DNA from: Nitrosopumilus sp.
Lineage (GTDB): Archaea; Thermoproteota; Nitrososphaeria; Nitrososphaerales; Nitrosopumilaceae
Length of the DNA stretch: 32,000 nucleotides
Direction: 5' to 3'
Assembly: GCA_029862745.1 (NCBI GenBank)
Contig: JAOTWS010000004.1
Location: forward strand, 105,314 to 137,313
Shown here: positions 17,660 to 24,915 of the stretch, one piece after another
Position numbering within the stretch: the first letter of the stretch is position 1
How the letters are laid out: every line of letters begins with the position of its first letter
Made by a program: the position numbers and the translations under genes
Notes under the pieces: model-generated
The model's input: only the letters and a program-made list of their open reading frames with translations
What the model was told of the DNA's origin: nothing
Databases searched by the model: none

Positions 17660-18241
17660 TCAATAGGTATTAAATGAAGAAGGATATCCAGTTATGATTT
17701 CATGCAATGGTTTGATGAGTTTACTAAAATCTACTGAAGGTTTTTGAATTTTAGGTTCATTTGTGATAGGATCAAAATCAATATATGAACTAGCGAGTCG
17801 TATGTCATGACCTTGTTTTCCAGTATTCTTTAATTCAATTTCTTTTTTTATAATATTTGAAATTGTTGACAGATCAAGTGAATAATCAAATCCACTATAT
17901 CCGCCTAATAACAAATCTTCTGCCATTTCATCTGCTAGTTCATCACTTCCATCTAGTTCAATCAATGAAACTGCCTTTTCCATTTTTGTTAAATGTGAAT
18001 AGATACCATCTTTAGAGGATAGGAGAATTTTTGAATTACTCTGTTCTATTTTATCATAAATGATTTTTGCCTTTCCAATCTCTTCCATCGCAAATTCAAT
18101 TGGGATTGCCAAATGGTCTGTTCTATTATTTGAAACATACATGTCAGCATCATTAAGATATGACCATGCATTATCAAGACACATTGTAATAGCTTTTTCT
18201 GCTTGTTCTCGAGTCAATTCATACGTAGTTTTGTTAGTCAT
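17660..18241 (-). CDS. AbiV-like HEPN-domain protein (abortive-infection family)
   Basis: CLDNAWSYLNDADMYVSNNRTDHLAIPIEFAMEEIGKAKII matches the AbiV N-terminal pattern (n-A...L..dA..L......A..la..a.EE.GKa). SHLTKMEKA and IRLASSYIDFDP then match H..K and R...lYvD. I prefer ATG 18241; the track uses TTG 18286. Confidence 0.55.
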   Translation of the reverse strand: MTNKTTYELTREQAEKAITMCLDNAWSYLNDADMYVSNNRTDHLAIPIEFAMEEIGKAKIIYDKIEQSNSKILLSSKDGIYSHLTKMEKAVSLIELDGSDELADEMAEDLLLGGYSGFDYSLDLSTISNIIKKEIELKNTGKQGHDIRLASSYIDFDPITNEPKIQKPSVDFSKLIKPLHEIITGYPSSFNTY

Positions 18242-18335
18242 TATAGATTTAGATAAAAAAAATTCGTTATAATGATTCTCTAACAAATCATAATCTACGT
18301 AATTACCTAGACATCATTCTAACATAGCACAATTT

Positions 18336-18365
18336 ACGCCTAGAAAGGGGGATTTCTATTTTTAT
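18336..18365. repeat. Copy 2 of the imperfect 30-bp direct repeat (ACGCCTAGAAAGGGGGATTTCTATTTTTAT)
   Basis: See copy 1. It lies 26 nt downstream of the methyltransferase stop and upstream of the AbiV-like gene. Confidence 0.7.
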
Positions 18366-18391
18366 TCTTTATCAATAAACTCGTTCACACT

Positions 18392-18856
18392 TTATTTCAC
18401 TCTGTCTTTTTTAAAAACAATCCAGCAACTTGGATACGGTGCCACATTGCAAGTTGGAATACCTGATTCATCTAAAAATCTAATTCTGCCCTTGATAAAG
18501 TGAATACTAGATTTACCTTCCACAAATTTGTGCCACCAAATAGTGTCTGTCTTGGAATAAGTCAAAATCAGGCAAGACACATTGTTTCTTGTGTGTTGCA
18601 AATATGCAAATTCCATAAACTCTGAGACTCGTGAATATGGTGGATTCATAAAAAAATCTTGAGTTATAGAATATTCAAAACAATTCTGTTCTTTTGTGAT
18701 GTAATTTGGTAAGACATGGTTTACGTCACTTGCACATATATCAATTTGTGGATAAATGTCATGTTTTTTGCAGATATTTTGAAACAATTCCTTGGGAGTA
18801 CCATACTCATCTTGAACATTAATAAAATGAAGATGCTGGACTGATCTTGGATTCAT
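18392..18856 (-). CDS. Phage-type DNA N6-adenine methyltransferase-like protein (Dam PF05869-like, NPPY)
   Basis: QIDICAS...FFMNPPYSRVSEFMEFAY...LILTYSKTDTIWWHKF...IHFIKGRIRFLDESG follows the lDPCA / NPPY / gRi.F layout of phage Dam enzymes. ATG 18856 overlaps the upstream TGA (ATGA). Confidence 0.6.
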   Translation of the reverse strand: MNPRSVQHLHFINVQDEYGTPKELFQNICKKHDIYPQIDICASDVNHVLPNYITKEQNCFEYSITQDFFMNPPYSRVSEFMEFAYLQHTRNNVSCLILTYSKTDTIWWHKFVEGKSSIHFIKGRIRFLDESGIPTCNVAPYPSCWIVFKKDRVK

Positions 18857-19131
18857 TTTTGTTTGTCCCGTCTTTTGTGACGAACTCTTCTTCCACAACA
18901 TATGCAACATATTCTATATTCATCATCATGATCAAACCACACCCTACAATAACTGCAAAACCTCAATCCTAATTCATATTTTTTTTGTCCCCACTTTGTC
19001 TTGATTGCATATCTTGTACAGATTCCACGACAAGAACCTCCTGCAAGCAATCCTGTGCAACCTCTGCCATTTTTTGGTGGTCTATTCTTACAAGTAACAA
19101 CAAAAGACCTTTCAAGGTATGATTCTCTCAA
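18853..19131 (-). CDS. Cys-rich zinc-finger protein with a basic tail (92 aa)
   Basis: It has several Cys pairs (CSYCRVWF...RICCICCGRRVRHKRR). Its stop overlaps the methyltransferase start. Confidence 0.5.
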   Translation of the reverse strand: MRESYLERSFVVTCKNRPPKNGRGCTGLLAGGSCRGICTRYAIKTKWGQKKYELGLRFCSYCRVWFDHDDEYRICCICCGRRVRHKRRDKQK

Positions 19132-19299
19132 TTTTCAGCCTCCAGAGTTACTAATTTTTGTCTGGTATGACAAGTTTTGAGTGAGGTAAATTGGTAACTG
19201 ATGGTTCTTACTTTTTTTTCTACTAGAAAGACTAAGTAAAGAGAAGAGAAGTTCCAGGAAAAAAGAAACTTGACAAACTTGGTTACTGAGCTACTAGTA

Positions 19300-21498
19300 T
19301 TATACATCAAAGTCTTTTAGCCTCCCTTGGATGTGTTGTTTTTTTAATTCAATGTCAATCCAGAACTTTTTGTTGATTCCACTAGTATCCTTTCTCTGAT
19401 CAGTTTCGTAATATTCACCAAATATCATTCCAAACTTTTTGATTGTAACTAATGGAATTTCATTATCTATGCAAAAATCACAGTACCTTGAATAGACCTC
19501 ACGCTTTGATACCATAGAGCCTTCCTTTTCAATTACAACTTCATTGATGAACTGTATTACAGGATCACTGTGATGGTTCCATTGTTCGCGCAGTTTCTCA
19601 ATGTTGTCTTCATACTTGAATCGTCCACGCTCTGAAAGATTTTGTGCAATTAACACAAGTAGTGAGAAGACTCTGTCTTTTTCTTTTTTGTTTTGGGTTA
19701 ATTCATCTCTTAATTTTGGATTCTTTTCATCACCCAAGAACTGTCGTTTCCATTCAACAATTACAAATCTTCTAAAAAAACCATCAGACTGATCATGAAC
19801 ATAAGGAAACCTGTTTGCAGAAAATATCAGTTTAGTGTATGGCCTGAACTTGAATGGATGTCGATGTTTCTTTTCAGCAGTTATAGAGTCCCCTGATATG
19901 ATAATTTTTAGATTACCTGTCTTTTTTAGCTCGTTGCTTTCAATGTCTGCAAAGACATTTGCCATCTTACCAAACAGCTCAGCCTTTGAGAATCGTTCTA
20001 GCTCAATGTCATGTATGGTAATATTTGAGACATTTTCTGCACCCAAAATAGATTCAATATAGTCTAGTAGTACAGATTTACCATTAGAACCTGATCCAAT
20101 AAACATGAATGCTTTATCAAACTGTTTTTTTATGATACAGCATGCCATTATTTCAAGTACCGTAAAGAATTGTTCTCTGTCTAGTGTATCATTAATTGTA
20201 AAGCATGATGTAAGATATTTCAGAAATAGTGTGTCTTTCAAATATGATAAAATGGAATCAACGTCTATCTTTGTAATATCCAATGGATGGTACGATACTG
20301 GCAACATCACACAAGACAAATTTGATGGTGAGTGCTCTTGAGTTTCCAGTGTTTTTAGGTTCAAAATGCAGTTTTGAACAGTGATAATGCCAGGATCCGA
20401 GTCAAACTTTTCCCTATCCTCATAGTTTATGGCCTTTATCTTGTTGATTACCTCGTGTCGCTCTGTGGTGCAGCAGTTTTCTATCCACTTTTCACATTCT
20501 TCTTTGATTAGCGGTTCTGCAACGTTTGGCTGATATATCATTCCATTATACCATAACAGATCATCTGAGTCTCGCAGACACTTGAAGTGATTTGTTTTTT
20601 GTATTGTTGATACAGTGATTTCAACTATATCTTTAGGATTCTTTTTGTTGTTGTCCTCTTCTTCTATTGATTTGAAATATTTTTGTTCAGGATCATTTAG
20701 ATTCTTTTGAAACTGTGAATGCGCATCATTTACCCAACGTTCTACTTCAACATTTCCATGTGGAGGGTTACAAGAATTGTTTATCTTTATTGCCTCATGT
20801 AAGATATCTTCGTATTGCCAGTTCATGTGGAATCGTCGTAATGCCAGCTTGAATCCATTGTTGTATCTTTCACCTGCAGACCAGTTACCCTTTTCAAGTT
20901 CAGATGTTGGAATGATTATGTGGTGACCGTTTCCATTTGTCTGGTGTTTGGGAGTCCATCCATTGTTTTTTAGTTTCTCAATTAGTTGTTGACCTGTTGC
21001 ATTTACATCACAAATTGTAGTGGTGTTTGAAATTATTGTATATTTTTTTCCAGTTAAGACATAGTTTCCTGACTCGTCTTTATCATAGTGATTACTTGAT
21101 GCGCCAACAACATACGCACCGTTACTTTTTACCTCCATGCTGTATGGACCTTTTGAGAGAAAGGTGTTTGCCTGGTTTGGTAGTTGATTTATTTTAAAGT
21201 AAACGTGGTATCCATCACCTGTTCGCACCACAAGTGTTTTGTTGAGAACATTGTCTTTCATCATGTTTATCTCACCAATATCATCACAGTTATCAAAGTC
21301 TAGTACGATTAGATTGCCTGAAATTTTCCCAAGAATTACTGCAAAGTCTTGATCATCTGGAATTTCACCAGTAAACATTTCATACTGGTATTTGCTCCAA
21401 CCAGTCCTGATGTTCAGCGCTTTGCCAGATCCCTTTGGAATTGGAACAATGTTGATTCCCTGCTTTTTGTAAATTTCTTTTATTGTAATATCACTCAT
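19300..21498 (-). CDS. Replication protein: archaeo-eukaryotic PrimPol domain fused to a D5/P4-type SF3 helicase (732 aa from ATG 21498)
   Basis: PrimPol motifs are LIVLDFDN (DxD), VVRTGDGYHVYF (sGxGxH) and MEVKSNGAYVVGASSNH. Helicase motifs are the Walker A FMFIGSGSNGKSV, Walker B-like ANVFADIES, IISGDSITAEKKHR and DGFFRRFVIVEW (P4-primase C-terminal family). The start MSDITIKEIYKK overlaps the upstream stop (ATGA). Confidence 0.9.
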   Translation of the reverse strand: MSDITIKEIYKKQGINIVPIPKGSGKALNIRTGWSKYQYEMFTGEIPDDQDFAVILGKISGNLIVLDFDNCDDIGEINMMKDNVLNKTLVVRTGDGYHVYFKINQLPNQANTFLSKGPYSMEVKSNGAYVVGASSNHYDKDESGNYVLTGKKYTIISNTTTICDVNATGQQLIEKLKNNGWTPKHQTNGNGHHIIIPTSELEKGNWSAGERYNNGFKLALRRFHMNWQYEDILHEAIKINNSCNPPHGNVEVERWVNDAHSQFQKNLNDPEQKYFKSIEEEDNNKKNPKDIVEITVSTIQKTNHFKCLRDSDDLLWYNGMIYQPNVAEPLIKEECEKWIENCCTTERHEVINKIKAINYEDREKFDSDPGIITVQNCILNLKTLETQEHSPSNLSCVMLPVSYHPLDITKIDVDSILSYLKDTLFLKYLTSCFTINDTLDREQFFTVLEIMACCIIKKQFDKAFMFIGSGSNGKSVLLDYIESILGAENVSNITIHDIELERFSKAELFGKMANVFADIESNELKKTGNLKIIISGDSITAEKKHRHPFKFRPYTKLIFSANRFPYVHDQSDGFFRRFVIVEWKRQFLGDEKNPKLRDELTQNKKEKDRVFSLLVLIAQNLSERGRFKYEDNIEKLREQWNHHSDPVIQFINEVVIEKEGSMVSKREVYSRYCDFCIDNEIPLVTIKKFGMIFGEYYETDQRKDTSGINKKFWIDIELKKQHIQGRLKDFDV

Positions 21499-21641
21499 CT
21501 TCTTGAGATCTTCTCCCTTGAGCAATTGCATCCTGCAACAAAGCAGCCATACCAGGAACACGAATCAAGACCACATCTCATGCAGACTCCAATTCCCACA
21601 TCTTTTGTAAAACCATTAGCACATCTGCACCTTTTCTTCAA
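21495..21641 (-). CDS. 48-aa Cys-rich mini-protein (TTG start), coupled at both ends
   Basis: (M)KKRCRCANGFTKDVGIGVCMRCGLDSCSWYGCFVAGCNCSREKISRR*. TTG 21641 overlaps the upstream TGA (TTGA), and its own TGA overlaps the replicase ATG (ATGA). The track's longer 72-aa version would overlap the upstream gene by 76 nt. Confidence 0.4.
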   Translation of the reverse strand: MKKRCRCANGFTKDVGIGVCMRCGLDSCSWYGCFVAGCNCSREKISRR

Positions 21642-22195
21642 GATGTAACCTCCTCCAGTTTCTCTTTTAGCAAGAATATCCGAAATCCATTCCTGGAGAT
21701 AATACCAGTACACCTCATACAGTAAAACAAGTCAATTGGCCGTCTACCCAGTTTCTGATATGCTAGTTTGTATGCAACCTCATTGCAATGTGTACACAAT
21801 ACATGTTTCCTATGATCTTCTTTTTTGTAGGTGCATTTCCCACACTTGCCATACAGTCTCCAGCATAATGCAGCAGTGTTGTTACTTGTGTTACCACACT
21901 CAGGACATTTTTGTACATTGTAATAATCTGGATTACTTCTCTTGGCACAGTTTACACATTGTCCCCATAAATCCCATGATTTACCATATCTCTGGCTGAC
22001 AACTCCGCAACTAATGCATGTGCGATTCATTTCTTTTTCCATATCTCTGCAAAACATGAATTGCATATTGCAGGTGTATTGTATGTGAAAATCTCTTTTT
22101 TGCAAGACATACAGAATATGGTTTTGATGCGACTCAATTATCAGGCATCTCCCATATTCTAAATTCGGATATCTTTTGATGTGTTGTATCATCAC
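21638..22195 (-). CDS. Multi-zinc-finger protein (185 aa, many CxxC pairs)
   Basis: CISCG...CVNCA...CPECG...CGKCT...CTHCN...CMRCTG gives at least six CxxC knuckles. GTG/ATG start at 22195/22192. Confidence 0.55.
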   Translation of the reverse strand: MMIQHIKRYPNLEYGRCLIIESHQNHILYVLQKRDFHIQYTCNMQFMFCRDMEKEMNRTCISCGVVSQRYGKSWDLWGQCVNCAKRSNPDYYNVQKCPECGNTSNNTAALCWRLYGKCGKCTYKKEDHRKHVLCTHCNEVAYKLAYQKLGRRPIDLFYCMRCTGIISRNGFRIFLLKEKLEEVTS

Positions 22196-22273
22196 TGCAA
22201 TTGAATCGATCCATTTTGCAATACAATACGTCTTGTTCCCTCACACAAAACTCACACATACACAATCCCAATC

Positions 22274-22432
22274 TTATTCGCTCTCCTCTGAAAAAATTAC
22301 CTCATTATGATGATGACTAGACAAGTCATCTTCTAGAAATGATGTACCGTGTCTTTGTAGTTCTTTAATGGAAAAATAGTTTGAATTGTACCTTGCACAA
22401 TAATTACAAAACATACATCTTGCAAGAATCAT
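22274..22432 (-). CDS. Unannotated 52-aa Cys/His mini-protein
   Basis: My translation is MILARCMFCNYCARYNSNYFSIKELQRHGTSFLEDDLSSHHHNEVIFSEESE*. ATG 22432 overlaps the upstream gene's TGA 22431-22429 (ATGA). Confidence 0.4.
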   Translation of the reverse strand: MILARCMFCNYCARYNSNYFSIKELQRHGTSFLEDDLSSHHHNEVIFSEESE

Positions 22433-22668
22433 TGTGAGGCAACCTCTACAAACTTGTCATCTGTTTTTTCTTCATTGATTATATTTTCATTAAAGTCCCA
22501 AAACTTTATTCCAAGTTTTTTGGGATCATCATCATCATGTAAATTGATAATCTGCGAGACTTCTTCTATTGTTTTTTCTTCGATAAACTTTTGCCAGTAT
22601 GCATTTTTTCTATATGCAATACAATCTGCATGACCACAACTCTCATCATGAAATTCTTTTATTGTCAT
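22429..22668 (-). CDS. Hypothetical acidic protein (79 aa from ATG 22668)
   Basis: MTIKEFHDESCGHADCIAYRKNAYW... is preceded by GGAGAAG. The track start at 22716 adds an unlikely hydrophobic leader. Confidence 0.45.
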   Translation of the reverse strand: MTIKEFHDESCGHADCIAYRKNAYWQKFIEEKTIEEVSQIINLHDDDDPKKLGIKFWDFNENIINEEKTDDKFVEVASQ

Positions 22669-22822
22669 GATATGATCTTCTCCTTGTTTGAAACTTTTGA
22701 AAAATAATAGATACACTTGTTTTTGATAAATTTTAAACCGAGTTTACAAACTAGTTTTGAAATGATACCATCCATGAATTGGACTTTGATAGTTGGAATA
22801 CAACAACAATAACAAGGAAAAG

Positions 22823-22981
22823 TCATTGCTTGTTTTCCTCACTTAACAATTGCAGCAGATACTTGTATGCATCATCAGTGAATCTTGAATAACTAGAGTA
22901 CTGCTTTCCATCTCCAACAAATCTGCAGGCTTGTCTCTTCCAAAACTCTGAGACCTTAACTGGAACTTGGTTGTTAACCAT
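22823..22981 (-). CDS. Unannotated 52-aa ribbon-helix-helix (CopG/Arc-like) candidate regulator
   Basis: MVNNQVPVKVSEFWKRQACRFVGDGKQYSSYSRFTDDAYKYLLQLLSEENKQ* has a beta-strand/helix/loop/helix layout. It is transcribed divergently from the repeat-rich spacer. Confidence 0.4.
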   Translation of the reverse strand: MVNNQVPVKVSEFWKRQACRFVGDGKQYSSYSRFTDDAYKYLLQLLSEENKQ

Positions 22982-22982
22982 T

Positions 22983-23060
22983 GGTTACCTTTTAGGTACC
23001 TCAAATATTAAAGAGTTACTGATTAGGTACCTGTATAGTTACTTGATGGTCACCTTTAAG
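22983..23060. promoter_or_regulatory. Divergent control region with four GGTNACC/GGTACC palindromic cores and nested direct repeats (candidate operator array or origin)
   Basis: The cores are GGTTACC 22983-89, GGTACC 22995-23000, GGTACC 23026-31 and GGTCACC 23048-54. TTAGGTACCT occurs twice (22992-23001, 23023-32). AGTTACTGAT (23014-23) pairs with AGTTACTTGAT (23037-47). GGTYACCTTTWAG occurs twice (22983-95, 23048-60). Confidence 0.45.
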
Positions 23061-23148
23061 TAATTCAGTGCTCTAGACTAGCCATGCCATTAGAACAAAC
23101 AGGAGTAAAAACAAGAATGGTCAGAAAATCAAAAAAGAAGATGGGATA

Positions 23149-23532
23149 ATGCCAACAGACGAGACAATAAACCAAGCACCTGTAAAGATAGACAAGATCC
23201 TAAAGGAAAAGATACAGGAATGGGTCAAGACAGAGCAAGCTCATAACCTTGGATTTTATTCACTAGCAGAGTTTGTTACAAAGGCTTCAATGGAGGCATT
23301 TGAAAAATATGCAAAAACAAACGACAACCCAAAAAGATTTTTCATGCCAAATAATGAAAACCATTTACTGGATCTTGATTTGGATTTTTATCTAGAATCA
23401 GGAAAAGTTGTATGCGTTACATGTGAATCAGAAGACTGCATTCATATCAAAACAATCCAAACTGATAGAGTTGTAAAAAAACACATATCAAAATTTCTCA
23501 AATCAGTCAAGAAGAAAAGAAAGGATCAATAA
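23149..23532 (+). CDS. RHH-domain DNA-binding protein with a C-terminal Cys/His cluster and basic tail (127 aa)
   Basis: PVKIDKILKEKIQEWVKT...GFYSLAEFVTKASMEAFEKY is an RHH layout. It is followed by VVCVTCESEDCIH and the basic tail KSVKKKRKDQ. Confidence 0.5.
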   Translation: MPTDETINQAPVKIDKILKEKIQEWVKTEQAHNLGFYSLAEFVTKASMEAFEKYAKTNDNPKRFFMPNNENHLLDLDLDFYLESGKVVCVTCESEDCIHIKTIQTDRVVKKHISKFLKSVKKKRKDQ

Positions 23533-24443
23533 GTGGGATCACCCCATGGACTTTTAGTTAGTATAGGTGCAACAAATTTAATAATCAAACCTATGAGACC
23601 TGCCAATCCTATTCCTGTTGCTGCCTGAGTTGTAGTATCTTTTTGTATCGACTCTACATATTGCTCTATAATGTTTGGTGCAGCAATAATAACATCTGTC
23701 TTTTCTTTTCTGTCTGCTGTAAGTATACCATACCCTGCATCCTTTTTGTTTTGTTTCCAGTCCTCATCAGTGTATTCAAAGTAGAACAAATCCAAACCTA
23801 GCTTGTTTATCTCTCCAATGAATTGTAATTGCTCTGTTTTTGAAGACTCTATAGTAGACCAACCTGTTTCATATACAATATGCTTGTAGGGATATCTCTG
23901 GGTTAGCAATTCATTTATTTTTTGAATCTTGTTTGCAGAATCTGCTGGAGTAATCTCATCTGTAAAAACATCAGTAAAGATAAAGTCTACTGACATGGCC
24001 AATTCAGGATTATCAAGCCAAACCTTTGGATTACTCAATGTTGTGATTGGAATATCAGTCAACTGCTTTGCCTCTCTTATTTTGGAGATTAACTGCTCTT
24101 GGTTGATGGTTAGATCTTTTGAATTAATTATTATGGACTCTATGGTTCCAGGATATTTTGCATCAAGTGATATGACTTTTGAGACATCATCTGTCTCAAC
24201 TGATAATTTCAAATCATAGATATGAGCGTATTTTAGTATGGGCTCCAAATTAGAGTCTGAGTATACTCTGAGTTTACTGGACATTTTTGATAATACCTCC
24301 ATGTCCTCTCTTATCTGCTCATTTGATGGGAGAATCCCTTCTGGAGATTGACCTGTTCTAAATGGGGAATAGGAATAATTCTCAGCGTATACTGTAGAGA
24401 TAACAACACTAGACAGTAATAGAGCAGCAAGAAGAATTCTCAC
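23526..24443 (-). CDS. Secreted, C-terminally membrane-anchored GH17-like glycoside hydrolase (beta-1,3-glucanase-like TIM barrel)
   Basis: The signal peptide is MRILLAALLLSSVVISTVYA. VYETGWST matches the GH17 catalytic E-T/S-G-W-P-S box, and FYFEYTDEDWKQ matches f-F-E-a-F-D-E-x-W-K. The C-terminal TM segment is GIGLAGLIGLIIKFVAPIL. Confidence 0.55.
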   Translation of the reverse strand: MRILLAALLLSSVVISTVYAENYSYSPFRTGQSPEGILPSNEQIREDMEVLSKMSSKLRVYSDSNLEPILKYAHIYDLKLSVETDDVSKVISLDAKYPGTIESIIINSKDLTINQEQLISKIREAKQLTDIPITTLSNPKVWLDNPELAMSVDFIFTDVFTDEITPADSANKIQKINELLTQRYPYKHIVYETGWSTIESSKTEQLQFIGEINKLGLDLFYFEYTDEDWKQNKKDAGYGILTADRKEKTDVIIAAPNIIEQYVESIQKDTTTQAATGIGLAGLIGLIIKFVAPILTKSPWGDPTY

Positions 24444-24527
24444 TATATGAGAATAGCAACATTATTGCTAATATGATTTGCCTATCTTAAACTCTCAACT
24501 GGGATCCAGTCAGGAATTATCTCTTTA

Positions 24528-24915
24528 TCATACATCTCTGAAAAAGGTCTTCTTCTTTTGGTGTTCTTGTTTTTCTCTTTGGAGATATAGTCGATCTGTT
24601 TTGTCCTTCATCATTCCATTCCTGCATGTTTTCTTGCAGATTCTAATGTATGAGATGATGACATATTCTTCTACTATTCTTTGAGCATCTTTTGCGTCTG
24701 AATTGTGACACAAGTGAGATTGAGTCTAGCTATGCATGTGCAAAAACATCTTTTCTGCAATGGTGGGTAAAATCCCCTACAAGACTCAAGTGCAGTCTTT
24801 CTAGATTCAAGATGTATTTCTCAAGTTTTGTAAAAACCAAAAACCTCTCAAGATATTGGCATGGTTACTTCTCTGTGACCTCAGATTTCTGCTTGCCAAG
24901 AAAATCTTGATAATA
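24528..24915 (-). pseudogene. Decayed tyrosine-recombinase (integrase)-like remnant, interrupted by two stops and at least one frameshift
   Basis: The minus-strand frames read YYQDFLGKQKSEVTEK * PCQYLERFLVFTKLEKYILNLERLHLSLVGDFTHHCRKDVFAHA * LDSISLV, then with a frame shift LCHNSDAKDAQRIVEEYV.... THHCRKDVFAHA resembles box II (H-x-x-R-h-x-f-A-x-h), and L-C-H-N-S...Y resembles the lGH...Y catalytic tail. The match was made by eye only. Confidence 0.35.

Noticed and set aside
19128-19310. 60-aa minus-strand ORF between the replicase and the Zn-finger gene
   Set aside because: It is hydrophobic, low-complexity sequence spanning an intergenic region and overlapping both neighbours' ends. The region is better explained as a regulatory spacer containing GGTWACTGA motifs.
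21495-21713. 72-aa version of the small Cys-rich ORF (ATG 21713)
   Set aside because: That start would overlap the upstream 185-aa gene by 76 nt. A TTG at 21641 gives TTGA/ATGA coupling at both ends, matching the pattern in the rest of the operon, so I kept the shorter 48-aa call.
24760-24800. GGGGATTTTACCCACCA (minus strand), looked at as a possible tRNA 3' end or att site
   Set aside because: It has no complementary T-stem or acceptor stem. The segment lies inside the frame that encodes the integrase-like ...VGDFTHHCR... remnant.
24478-24910. Track ORFs 24478..24684 (+) and 24692..24910 (+) in the gap beside secE
   Set aside because: They are mutually inconsistent, with no motifs. The minus strand reads better as a fragmented integrase-like pseudogene, and the region is probably non-functional.
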